Source: Candidatus Poribacteria bacterium (GTDB lineage Bacteria; Poribacteria; WGA-4E; PCPOR2b). Taken from it: a stretch of 64,000 nt of DNA. The position numbers and the translations under genes were made by a program. Of this stretch, positions 9,847-19,557 are shown piece after piece (the first letter of the stretch is position 1; each line of letters opens with the position of its first letter). Under the pieces are notes generated by a model, which saw only the letters and a list, made by a program, of their open reading frames with translations, was not told the DNA's origin and ran no database searches. The stretch is taken from assembly GCA_965116925.1 (NCBI GenBank), contig OZ220744.1:2880001-2944000 (forward strand), written 5' to 3'.

Positions 9847-12800
9847 CTACTTCAAAATCAGCATCCGGCGCGTCGCTGTGAAGTCACCGGCTGTCAGGGT
9901 GTAGAAATAGACGCCACTGGCGAGGGGCTCTCCGAGTTGGTTGCGTCCGTCCCAATAGATTGCACGGCTGCGACTCCAATATATACCCGCCGCCTGATGC
10001 CCTACTGCCAAACGGCGAACCAAATGCCCGTTCATATCGTAGATGGTCAGCGTCACCGCTGCGGGGCCCGCCAACTGATACGGTATCCATGTTTCCGGGT
10101 TAAACGGATTCGGATAGTTTGGCAATAACGCAGTTTGTTCAGGAATTAGTGAGGCTAAAAATTTTTCAAGATTCTGGATACCTTCTTTGAAGGCAAGTGA
10201 ACCGTCATCTTCCAACCGTGCTTGTGCTATCCACGCCTTTATTGTCGTAGCATCTACGCTTTCTGTCCCAACCATCCCGATAAAATCGGGATTCAAAGCA
10301 ACAGGTGCAGCAGGTGATTCGGCAATCCCCTGTGCTACACGGATGAGGTCGAGAATGCTGACAACACCATCGTTGTTGACATCTACTGCCGAGCCGGCAG
10401 ATACTCGTCTCCCCAACTGCTGTGCGACGAGAATCAGATCCAGAATGCTGACAACACCATCTCGGTTCACATCCCCCGTGGTAAGTCGTCCCTCCACCGT
10501 GATTCGGAATTGGTATGATCCTGCAACAATAGTATCACCGGCGACGGAGCCAAACTGGAGTTTTTGTAATGCCACCTCTGTTTCACCGGCAGATTTTGCC
10601 TTGAACCTCACCTGAAGCAAAGCGCCGGTGCCGGTCACACCTTGAGCGACCAGCCGTGCCGCACTGAGTCCTATGATTTTACCCGCTCCGTTATCAATGT
10701 TTCCACTCTGAAAGAAGGTTGTGCCACCCATCTTCAGGAAATTACCCTCGCTCACGTCAATGGCTTCAAGGGCAGCAGGGTCGAACACAATATCAAACTG
10801 CCACCCTGCCAAATCAGTGACATTTTCCGCGCGGATCTCAAGGGTAAAGGTATCACCGAAATGAATTGGGGGCTTGGAAAAGGCGTAGCCGACACCAGTT
10901 GATACCGTATATTCAGTGCCGGGTTTAAACCCAAACTTGCCGTTATGAATCCTACCACCTATCCCAACAGCAACTAATAGAATATTTTTCCCCGCCCTAA
11001 GCGTGACCGGGGCAAAATCGGTGTAATCACCAGACCCCCAAATGTTGAAGTTCTCATAAACTACAACTCCATTGAGCCACACCTTGACCTCATTATCGGC
11101 ACCGACGTGCAACGTTGTCTCCTGTTCCCGCGGAGAATAGAGGGGTACAATGCCGTAGATACTTCCGTCAGGAGGGTCGTGCCCCAGCATCTCACCGATA
11201 TTATTTTGTGGCTCAGAAGGGAGTCTGTAAGATGTCCATACCATATCGCCAACAGGGGTTCCCGCCGTTGCTCCATCGGTGGCAACAGCTAATTCTGTCA
11301 CCGTACTCCCACTCGCTTCTGACAGTAAATCCGCACCACCGCTTTCCAGCTCTGCGCCCGGTAACAGCACCCATAGCCACGGTCCCTCTATCTTCGGCCC
11401 TCCTTTTGGAATCCCCGGATTTTCAGCCCAAAAGACTGTTATCTTCTCGCGTAACTCCTCCAAAGGTGACAGGTTAGAAATGTTGTTGCGACTGACCGAT
11501 AGCCATGTTAAGTTGGTTAAGTTCAAAATCGGTAATACGTTCGATATCTCATTCTTCTCAAGATTTAGCCATTTCAAGTTAGTTAGCCCCGCAAGCGGCG
11601 ATATATCCGATATGTCGTTGTCAAGAAGCCCCAAACGCTCTAACGCGGTAAACCCTGCAAGCGACGATAGATCTGATATATTGCTGTGATTGAGATACAG
11701 TTCATTTAAGAGAGTTAAGCCTGCCAAAGATGACAGGTCAGAAATGTTGTTGTCACCGATCGATAGCCATGTTAAGTTGGTTAAGTTCAAAATCGGCGAT
11801 ACGTCCGATATCTCGTTCCTTTCAAGATTTAGCCATTTCAAGTTAGTTAGCCCTGCAAGCGGCGATATATCCGATATGTCGTTGCCAGCAAGTCCCAAAC
11901 GTTCCAACGCGGTAAACCTTGCAATCGGCGGTATATCCGATATGTTGCCGTCATGAAGATACAGTTCTTTCAAGCGGGTTAAGCCTGCCAAAGGAGTTAG
12001 GTCTGATATCAGTCCGGTGCCCGGAAGATATATATGCTCCAGTTTTGTTAGTCGTGCTAGGGGAGATAAATCGGATATAGAATGCCCTCCCGCATGAATG
12101 ATTCTCAGGTTAAGTAACCCGGCGAGTGGTGACAGGTCGGATACTTTTGCTCCCCCGACATTAAACCATATATTGTCTAAATTGATTAGTCCGGCGAGTG
12201 GCGATAGGTCGGATACGTTGGACCGAGGAAAACTTAAAGTCCTTAGATTGATTAGTCCGGCGAGTGGTGATAGGTCGGAAATTTGATTGTGTCCGACCTC
12301 TAACCATTCCAAGTTAGTCGCGAACTGAAGCCCTGTCAAATCACGGATGTCCCTATTCACTGCGTCGAGTCCTTCTAATTTTTCCATATCCTCTACAGTA
12401 ATTGGGGCATTGGGGCTTTTGCCCAGCTCCTCTGCAATCGCTGCACGCAGGTTTGTGTCAGGGATATGAACAACTCCACCCGGTAACAGCTCCGGCTGCG
12501 ATGGACTGTCAACTTGAGACTCAGGGAAATCCAGCGCAAATATCACATCATCAAAACCTTCAGTCCACGCATCCCGTTTCATACTCCCATTTGGGCTGTC
12601 TAACACCAACAAACCGATATTCTGTAATCCCACATTCTCACGAATCTTCTCTTGGAAGACATCGGTTTCTAAGCCAACTACGGCTGCAGCATACGCAGCG
12701 TCCACAGGTTCCTGAAACACCTCATGGAAACGGAATATAGGCTCAATGTCGTCAACCGCACCGCCTGTCGCCTCAAGCGCAGTTTCATACCTGTCCATGT

Positions 12801-14199
12801 CTCCAGCAATAAGTTCGTCCATCACCGCCTGTTCAACGTAGAGTCTCAACGCATGCGCTTTATCAAAAGCAGGGGTGGCATTACTCTCTATCACAGTACG
12901 CACCTCGTCCTCAAACGTCTTCATTCCCTCCGTATGACAACCGAAACAGGAGAGCCCGTTACGCACCTTCGGGTTACTCGCAGCGGGATTGGAAACAATG
13001 TCTGTCGGTGCTGCGTCCAGACGGGAGCCGGACGCATTGGTAATATAGTAGCCCTGTAACCCATTGGGAAGATTGAAGATCGCTTCACCACCATCGGGCG
13101 TGAAAGAGAGCGGATGGGTGAGGATGTTCTGTGTCCCAACACTACCAGCGAAGTCATAACTCTTCCAATATGCCCCATAACGAGAGGTGTGTCGTTCTAT
13201 CACCCGATTATTAGTCGAAACACCTGAATGGTTGGTCCCCGCCCGCCAGACATCAACTCCCGGCGCATTGGTGATATTGCGTGCCACATCAACCTCCAAT
13301 CGGGTCTCTAACTCCCTATCTGTCAATGGCAATGAGAGTAGATCATGGTATAGTGGAGGTAGAGATGCTTGTGCGACAAACCAGTCGATATGAATAGATG
13401 GGATATCCGTCTTCATCTCCCCCTGTAACCGCGTCAGTTGTGCTTTTAGTGCGGTCTGTGTCGGTGCATCAAACCCGATATGATAGGGATATTCCGCTTC
13501 TATCTGCCCCCACCCGTCATTGACGTCCCACTCGTAGTGTCTGAGGTCGATATAGAAGATAGTCTCTTGTAGGTCGATGGGTTGTGGGTTGGTAATTTCA
13601 CGCTTCCATGAGAGACTGTTGACTAATTTATAGAGTCCCTTGCGGTATTCTTGGAGAATCCCCACAGACTCCCCTGCATTATAGAGATGTGTCATTGTGA
13701 AGTAACGAGCAAAAGCACGGTCAAAGGGTGTGAGTGACATCAGGTGGGTCTCAATGATATTAAGTATTTCACCCTGAGAGATGAAATCGCCATCGGTTGT
13801 AGCCACTGTCGCCCAATCAGGAGCACCGGCTAATATCCAGCTTTTCACTGTTTCAATCTGTGAATCGGGTAAAGGGGGACCGCCTAGCGGCATGAGTTGT
13901 CCGCCTTCTCCAAGAAGCCGCTTATACAGCCTAGAAGCTTCTGGGTTTCCCGGAACAACGGGACCGTTTTCTGTAATGAGTGCGTTGTGTTCCATTAAGA
14001 GGGTCTCTTTATAAGCACCGTCAGGACCGTGGCAGTTGAAGCAGCTCCGTTCAAAGATAGCGTAGGCATCTAGGGCAATCTGTTGTTGGGGGTATACAGT
14101 TTGATAACTCAAGATGCACATCAATAAACCGATGCAGATGCTGAGACGCTGTTTCTGACAGAAACCAATCAAAGAAGATATTACATGACGCTTAAACAT
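9847..14199 (-). CDS. Secreted multidomain protein: cytochrome c-like domains, internalin-type LRRs, PA14-like region, cohesin, dockerin, FlgD-Ig/T9SS-like C-terminal sorting domain
   Basis: Signal peptide; CFNCH and CFGCH heme motifs; ISDLSPLAGLTNL repeats; DLAGWQFDIVFDP cohesin; GDVNRDGVVSILDL twice (dockerin); NYPNPFNPETWIPYQL...WDGRN...ASGVYFY. Confidence 0.85.
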   Translation of the reverse strand: MFKRHVISSLIGFCQKQRLSICIGLLMCILSYQTVYPQQQIALDAYAIFERSCFNCHGPDGAYKETLLMEHNALITENGPVVPGNPEASRLYKRLLGEGGQLMPLGGPPLPDSQIETVKSWILAGAPDWATVATTDGDFISQGEILNIIETHLMSLTPFDRAFARYFTMTHLYNAGESVGILQEYRKGLYKLVNSLSWKREITNPQPIDLQETIFYIDLRHYEWDVNDGWGQIEAEYPYHIGFDAPTQTALKAQLTRLQGEMKTDIPSIHIDWFVAQASLPPLYHDLLSLPLTDRELETRLEVDVARNITNAPGVDVWRAGTNHSGVSTNNRVIERHTSRYGAYWKSYDFAGSVGTQNILTHPLSFTPDGGEAIFNLPNGLQGYYITNASGSRLDAAPTDIVSNPAASNPKVRNGLSCFGCHTEGMKTFEDEVRTVIESNATPAFDKAHALRLYVEQAVMDELIAGDMDRYETALEATGGAVDDIEPIFRFHEVFQEPVDAAYAAAVVGLETDVFQEKIRENVGLQNIGLLVLDSPNGSMKRDAWTEGFDDVIFALDFPESQVDSPSQPELLPGGVVHIPDTNLRAAIAEELGKSPNAPITVEDMEKLEGLDAVNRDIRDLTGLQFATNLEWLEVGHNQISDLSPLAGLINLRTLSFPRSNVSDLSPLAGLINLDNIWFNVGGAKVSDLSPLAGLLNLRIIHAGGHSISDLSPLARLTKLEHIYLPGTGLISDLTPLAGLTRLKELYLHDGNISDIPPIARFTALERLGLAGNDISDISPLAGLTNLKWLNLERNEISDVSPILNLTNLTWLSIGDNNISDLSSLAGLTLLNELYLNHSNISDLSSLAGFTALERLGLLDNDISDISPLAGLTNLKWLNLEKNEISNVLPILNLTNLTWLSVSRNNISNLSPLEELREKITVFWAENPGIPKGGPKIEGPWLWVLLPGAELESGGADLLSEASGSTVTELAVATDGATAGTPVGDMVWTSYRLPSEPQNNIGEMLGHDPPDGSIYGIVPLYSPREQETTLHVGADNEVKVWLNGVVVYENFNIWGSGDYTDFAPVTLRAGKNILLVAVGIGGRIHNGKFGFKPGTEYTVSTGVGYAFSKPPIHFGDTFTLEIRAENVTDLAGWQFDIVFDPAALEAIDVSEGNFLKMGGTTFFQSGNIDNGAGKIIGLSAARLVAQGVTGTGALLQVRFKAKSAGETEVALQKLQFGSVAGDTIVAGSYQFRITVEGRLTTGDVNRDGVVSILDLILVAQQLGRRVSAGSAVDVNNDGVVSILDLIRVAQGIAESPAAPVALNPDFIGMVGTESVDATTIKAWIAQARLEDDGSLAFKEGIQNLEKFLASLIPEQTALLPNYPNPFNPETWIPYQLAGPAAVTLTIYDMNGHLVRRLAVGHQAAGIYWSRSRAIYWDGRNQLGEPLASGVYFYTLTAGDFTATRRMLILK

Positions 14200-14290
14200 A
14201 AAGAGGATCTCCTCATGAAACTAATGGTGCGTATTTGCAACGCCTGATCTGTTTTTGCTCTAGGCAGCAACTTGACATATTGGATGCAAA

Positions 14291-14319
14291 AGCATAGCAC
14301 GCTTAAATACGGTTTGCAA
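14291..14319 (-). promoter_or_regulatory. Probable sigma70 promoter of the LRR/cytochrome gene
   Basis: TTGCAA-N17-TATGCT on the minus strand, ~90 nt above the ATG. Confidence 0.5.
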
Positions 14320-14375
14320 GTGGAAATTTGAAGGGAGCGAATGCACCAATCCCACTTTATAACTTCATTTCATAA

Positions 14376-14404
14376 TTGACAAAAAAAAAGGAAAGGGTTA
14401 TAAT
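14376..14404 (+). promoter_or_regulatory. Perfect consensus sigma70 promoter
   Basis: TTGACA (14376-14381), 17-nt spacer, TATAAT (14399-14404). Confidence 0.85.
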
Positions 14405-14411
14405 CATTCTA

Positions 14412-14611
14412 TCAGCTATTTCTGAAAAGTGCTCATAAGTTCCCCCACAGTGCGGGAGAGGCTTCTCCCGATGTTTCACCCGATTTCATCGGGAATAAAT
14501 CGGCACTAGCCTTAATACGTATCAGGACACTTGGGTGTCAAAGATGGAAACTCGACCGATAGGCAACTCAATGAACAAATGGCTCAGGACTTATGCACTT
14601 CAGAGTGTTGA
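14412..14611 (+). ncRNA. Candidate ~200-nt structured non-coding RNA or leader (family unassigned; 6S-like size)
   Basis: Begins at the expected TSS of the consensus promoter; 14412-14443 pairs with 14587-14611 as a long bulged stem enclosing several hairpins; no ORF. Confidence 0.45.
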
Positions 14612-14987
14612 ACTGTCAGGGACCTGCCAAATCCCTGACATTTGGCTTGGTTATGGTGCCATTTCAGTGAAAAACGGTTCATAAATACCGCGTATTTGGC
14701 AGGTCAAAAAGCCGTCTGGGCGCACCTTCTGTTGGATGGTGAAAATCTACAAACGCTCTGAAGCTAGGCCCCATCAGGGTTCAGAGAGATACCGGCTAAT
14801 GATGAACCCCCGATTCGATGTTGAATTTTTTTTTTGGACCTGCCAGGGCCCTGCCAAATCGCCAAATCGTGCCGTTATGCAATGTATATAGCCATACCGA
14901 TTCGCTCCATTTGCGTTTTCAACGTCCTCTGTTTAATCCGCGATTCGGGCGATAATAATGAGCACCTTTCAGCTCTAGGAGATTTGA

Positions 14988-17372
14988 ATGCTGTACAAGG
15001 GGTTACAATTAGATCCGTTTCAGGAGGAGACAATTCGTGCAATAGATCGGAATCATTCCGTGCTTGTCACCGCACCGACAGGGGCAGGTAAAACCGTGCT
15101 TGCCGAATATGCCATTGAAAAATGTATGGAGATGGGCCGTCGCGTGATTTATACGGCACCTATTAAGGCACTAAGCAACCAGAAGTATCGAGACTTCTAT
15201 GGGATTTATGGCGATCGTGTCGGAATTGTCACGGGCGATGTAGTATTAAACCAATCGGCTCAAGTGCTGTTGATGACAACAGAGATTTTCCGCAATACAA
15301 TCTTTGATGATATTACCCGCTTGGACGATGTAGAATACGTCATTTTCGATGAAATCCACTATATCAACGATATTGAACGTGGGACAGTTTGGGAAGAGAG
15401 CATCATTTTCGCACCTCAGAATATCAAATTTGTCTGTCTAAGTGCGACAATCCCAAACATCAACCAGTTTGCCGAATGGATGCGGACGGTCCGAGAGGTT
15501 GAGATTAACGTTATTGAAGAACTGGAACGCCCCGTTCCTCTGGAGCATCACCTCTACCTAGAAGGATACGGCATAGGTGATGTTAAGGCTCTAAAACAAA
15601 TCCAAGAATCTATCATCTACGACAACCCTCGGAACTATGATGATTTCTACGAAGCCGACAAAGATCGCCAAGAACCTGATGCGGATGAAATCCTTGAAGA
15701 TGCGTCGCACAGTCTTATTTATGCAGAACTTATCTCTTACATCCAGAAGCAGAACAAACTCCCTTGTCTCTATTTCTGTTTTAGTCGCAAGGTTTGCGAG
15801 CAAAACGCAGCGCATTACGCCAAGCAGAATTTTCTGACCTCGGAACAACGGAAAGAAATTCTTCATCTGTTCGACCTATTATGTACGCAATACAATATCC
15901 GAAACGAGCGTAATATCCAAACTTTTCGGCGCCTTGTTTCTAAAGGTATTGCATACCACCACGCGGGTATGCTGCCGACCTTGAAAGAGGTAGTCGAGCG
16001 GCTCTTCACCTCTGGACTGATTCAGCTACTTTTCACAACGGAGACCTTTGCGGTTGGCATCAATATGCCAGCGTGCACGGTTGTTTTTGAGAGTTTAGAG
16101 AAATACGACGGTACTAATTTCCGCTACCTGAAAGCGCGCGAGTATCATCAGATGTCAGGAAGGGCTGGACGGCGTGGCATTGATCCAATTGGTTATGTTT
16201 ATGCACGCATTTTTCCAAAATTTGCACATTTTGAGAGCGTCAAACGGATACTCTCAGGTAAAATTGAGCCGATCGAAAGCCAGTTCAACCTCTCCTATTC
16301 AAGTATCCTGAATCTTTACGAAAAATATGGAGATGACATTTACGATGTATGCACCCAAAGCCTAAGCAACTTCCAAAACCTTGAGCGGGTCCAGAAGGCA
16401 GAGGCACAGATTCAACATACCTCCGCAACGCTGAAAAAACTCCCTGAACCGACCTGTATTCATAACGGTGTTGATGGGTTTGATCAGATTGGCAGCTATA
16501 ATCATCTACGAAACCAGATCATCGAACACCGCAAACTCCTGAAAACGGAACGTCGGGCGTTCAAGCGAAAAGGGGGTAAGCGAAAACAGAAGAGAGATTT
16601 ACGCCAGAAGTTTATCCGAACCGAACGTCAGCTGCGGCGCATTGAATCCACGAAAAATAAAAATCTCTGTCATAACTGTGAGCAGTTCAAAACCTGCGAT
16701 CAAAGTTATCGCAAAATCAAAAAGGCTGAGAACCGGATTGAGAAATTTCAAAATAGGAAAGCCCTTCTTGAAAGTTATCAGCGCAAGCAGATCGCGTCGC
16801 GTTTGAAAATTCTCGAAAAACTTGGATATATTGATACCTCTGGATTACTCAGTCGAGGGCAGATCGCTTCGCAAATTTACGGCTACGAAGTACAGGTCAC
16901 TCAACTCCTTTTCAGAGGCTTTTTTGAAGAATTGAGTGAAGATGAAATCAACGTTCTAGCGATGGCAATTGTTTGCGAAGACAGAAAGGACTGGGGATAC
17001 TATAGAAAACTGGAAGATAAAAAAATCAACAGGTTGCTGCGAACAGTAGACAAAGAAATTGAACCAATCCGAATATTGGAGGAACAGTATCAGGTTGATC
17101 CGGTGACACCGAAATTAGTAACAAAGCTAAGTGCAGCAATGCTTGCGTGGAGTCAAGGTTGTGAGTTTGAGACGCTGCCCCAATATGTAAACTTAGCTGA
17201 CGGTGACTTTGTGCGAGCGTTTCGACTCGTGATAGATCTGCTGCGGCAGGTGCGCCGGTCAGCGGTTGGACACGATACACTACTAGATAAGGTCGATCGG
17301 TGTCTTAACAAAATCAATCGTGACGTAGTAGACGCTGAACGTCAGTTACGCGCCGGACAGGACACGCTATGA
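14988..17372 (+). CDS. Ski2/HelY-like DEAD/DEAH-box RNA helicase (DSHCT C-terminus)
   Basis: APTGAGKT, YTAPIKALSNQKY, DEIH, LSAT, HHAGMLP, QMSGRAGRRGID, GDFVR. Confidence 0.92.
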   Translation: MLYKGLQLDPFQEETIRAIDRNHSVLVTAPTGAGKTVLAEYAIEKCMEMGRRVIYTAPIKALSNQKYRDFYGIYGDRVGIVTGDVVLNQSAQVLLMTTEIFRNTIFDDITRLDDVEYVIFDEIHYINDIERGTVWEESIIFAPQNIKFVCLSATIPNINQFAEWMRTVREVEINVIEELERPVPLEHHLYLEGYGIGDVKALKQIQESIIYDNPRNYDDFYEADKDRQEPDADEILEDASHSLIYAELISYIQKQNKLPCLYFCFSRKVCEQNAAHYAKQNFLTSEQRKEILHLFDLLCTQYNIRNERNIQTFRRLVSKGIAYHHAGMLPTLKEVVERLFTSGLIQLLFTTETFAVGINMPACTVVFESLEKYDGTNFRYLKAREYHQMSGRAGRRGIDPIGYVYARIFPKFAHFESVKRILSGKIEPIESQFNLSYSSILNLYEKYGDDIYDVCTQSLSNFQNLERVQKAEAQIQHTSATLKKLPEPTCIHNGVDGFDQIGSYNHLRNQIIEHRKLLKTERRAFKRKGGKRKQKRDLRQKFIRTERQLRRIESTKNKNLCHNCEQFKTCDQSYRKIKKAENRIEKFQNRKALLESYQRKQIASRLKILEKLGYIDTSGLLSRGQIASQIYGYEVQVTQLLFRGFFEELSEDEINVLAMAIVCEDRKDWGYYRKLEDKKINRLLRTVDKEIEPIRILEEQYQVDPVTPKLVTKLSAAMLAWSQGCEFETLPQYVNLADGDFVRAFRLVIDLLRQVRRSAVGHDTLLDKVDRCLNKINRDVVDAERQLRAGQDTL

Positions 17373-17617
17373 GCATCGTCAGCGGATTTTTCTCTTGCCC
17401 TCAAACTTATACCATGAATTCAGTCCAACCCGGTAGGTGCGGTTTCCAACCGCACCGGTTTGGAGCGTTTCATTAATTCTAAGATCCACTATAAATAGCC
17501 CTATGTCAGTGGACTTTTCTCTTGCCCTCAAATTTATACTATGTTACAATAGTTAATATATGCTTATTGTTATGTGAACACAACGGCTTGCACACCTTTA
17601 ACCAATGGAGAAAGAAC

Positions 17618-18217
17618 ATGGCAAATCAAGAATTTGAACTCACTACAACACTGCGAATTCGATCTGCCGCTGCAAACGATGCGACAGCTCTGGAGCAGTA
17701 CTGCTTTACCGGCAAAACTACAGAAGAAATTGACCAAGAATTACAGGAGGACCTCTCACGGACACAGAAGGGAGAGGTCTATCGAATTGTCGCAGAAGCC
17801 AGTGGACATGCGATCGGAAACATTCGGCTTGAGCGGCATCCCCTCAACCCTGAAATTGGCGATGTCAGCCAATTGGCGGTTTCCGCACCCTTCCGGCAGT
17901 TTGCCGTCGCTGATAGACTAATCGACGCCACTGAACAGGTTGCACAAGAAAATGGTATCACAACACTTCAGATTGAGCTATCCCGGTCCGAGGAAGCAAT
18001 CATAAACGCTTACAAAGGATGGGGATTCGATGAACGTCCCGTTATTACATTGCAAAAACCAGTCGGATCTTCTGATACGGCGAGCACTTCCGATCAAGAA
18101 GAGGCCACAGACCCAACTCCTTCACTCGAAGAAGATCCTCAACTAGAAGACACTGAAGATTCCTCTGAAGACTCGGGGGATTCCGATGGTGAAGAACAAC
18201 AGCAAAAACTATTGTAA
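17618..18217 (+). CDS. GNAT-family N-acetyltransferase with acidic C-terminal tail
   Basis: LAVSAPFRQFAVADRLI motif A, YKGWGF; GGAG SD before ATG 17618. Confidence 0.75.
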   Translation: MANQEFELTTTLRIRSAAANDATALEQYCFTGKTTEEIDQELQEDLSRTQKGEVYRIVAEASGHAIGNIRLERHPLNPEIGDVSQLAVSAPFRQFAVADRLIDATEQVAQENGITTLQIELSRSEEAIINAYKGWGFDERPVITLQKPVGSSDTASTSDQEEATDPTPSLEEDPQLEDTEDSSEDSGDSDGEEQQQKLL

Positions 18218-18286
18218 ATACGCGTAAAACGTGAAAAACTTTGTGTTTTACGCGCTACATATCCTGCCTCACCGATTGGAGTAAAT

Positions 18287-19180
18287 ATGAAGAGATATTT
18301 TAAGTTACCTATCGTTGCAATTGGCATCGCCGCCTTTCTTATCAGTTGCGGCAGCCAAAATCCTTACCTTTCCAAAGGTAAAGAATTAATTAAATCTGAC
18401 AAACGACGGAAAGAGGAACGCGCCGCGCAACAGTTCAAGCTCGCAATTCAACATGAGCAAGATAATGCGGAAGCACACTATCTTCTCGGCTACTACGATT
18501 CTGAACTGTTTTACGCAGAGGGCACCCCGGAAAAGGCGAGTGCATCGATCGAAGAACGGGGTAAGCACATGTTTCAAGCTTACCAAAACGACAAACGAAA
18601 ATACCTCGAAATCCTTGTCTTTGAAACGTTAAGAAATCGCGAACCTGACGTTCAGAACGCAGCGTTAGATGCACTCAAGCGCATCTACCAACAAGCGGAC
18701 CGAAAAAAGTTACTCAATTCCTTGAAAAAAGCAATCAAGTCCAAAGATAACCGCGACAGACACGATGCACAATGGGTGTTGGCAGCCCTTGGCAGAGATC
18801 ACCCTGAGGAAATTGTGCCAATTCTTATAGACTTGCTAGACCATAAACGCAGGGAAACCCGTTTGAACGTTATCAAGGCACTTGGTGCAATCGGGGATGA
18901 AAGCGCAATTCCGGTATTAGTCGAGGTGGTCAACTCTGGTGCAGCCAAACGAGAAAAAGATAGGGAAGGCCCCGAAATACGCGGCCTTGCTGTCGAAGCA
19001 TTGGGCAAAATCGGGGGGACTGCCGTAGAAAAATTAGTCGAGATCGTCGAGAACAAGGGCTCCTCAATGCGTGTTGATGCGATTCAGGCGTTAGAACAAC
19101 TCGGTGATGAACGGGCCGTTAAACCATTGCTAGAAGTGTTAAGCGAACAGGGCAACCGAGAGGTCGTTGTCAACTTCTGA
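18287..19180 (+). CDS. Lipoprotein with TPR and HEAT/PBS-lyase repeats
   Basis: Lipobox LISC; AEAHYLLG; ALGAIGDESAIPVL, ALEQLGDERAVKPL. Confidence 0.8.
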   Translation: MKRYFKLPIVAIGIAAFLISCGSQNPYLSKGKELIKSDKRRKEERAAQQFKLAIQHEQDNAEAHYLLGYYDSELFYAEGTPEKASASIEERGKHMFQAYQNDKRKYLEILVFETLRNREPDVQNAALDALKRIYQQADRKKLLNSLKKAIKSKDNRDRHDAQWVLAALGRDHPEEIVPILIDLLDHKRRETRLNVIKALGAIGDESAIPVLVEVVNSGAAKREKDREGPEIRGLAVEALGKIGGTAVEKLVEIVENKGSSMRVDAIQALEQLGDERAVKPLLEVLSEQGNREVVVNF

Positions 19181-19299
19181 ACCGAAAATTAAAATTCTCC
19201 ACGAGAACCTCGGGAAGAAATAGCTCTGCCGCCTTGACCGTCAATTTGTGCGGTACGATAAGCATTCCAAAGGTTATTTCTAATCAATTTTCGTTATAT

Positions 19300-19401
19300 T
19301 AGGACCTACGCAGCGCGTTCATAAGTCCCCCTGATAAGGGGGATTTAGGGGGTTAAAAATCAAAAATCTATCCCTCGTATGCTAAATTCGCGTAAGTCCT
19401 G
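19300..19401. mobile_element. MITE-like element of the same end family as 8305-8415
   Basis: TAGGACCTACGC ... GCGTAAGTCCTG ends; internal CCCCCTGATAAGGGGG palindrome. Confidence 0.6.
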
Positions 19402-19405
19402 TTAA

Positions 19406-19497
19406 TTAAGATTTAGTGCGAAGAAACCGAGTTTTTTAACCCCCTGCGAAGGGGAGTCAAACTCGGTTTCTCTTCATGCTTTGCACTCTCTTTTTTT
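19406..19497. repeat. Dispersed hairpin repeat, copy 1 (copy 2 at 57951-58068)
   Basis: AAGATTTaGTGCgAAGAAACCGAgTTTTTT...CTCGGTTTCTCTTCaTGCTTTGCACT shared by both copies. Confidence 0.75.
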
Positions 19498-19557
19498 ATT
19501 CCTCAATTTTTAACATGTTGAGAATCTCTACTCGAAAATCTGTATGAAAGGGATCCT

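Noticed and set aside
14444..14600. Glycine riboswitch (GGGAGAG...CCGA.AGG...CTCAGG) or, on the minus strand, cobalamin riboswitch (CCCGCACTGT)
   Set aside because: Only isolated words match; the expected pairing and spacing are absent and flanking genes do not fit
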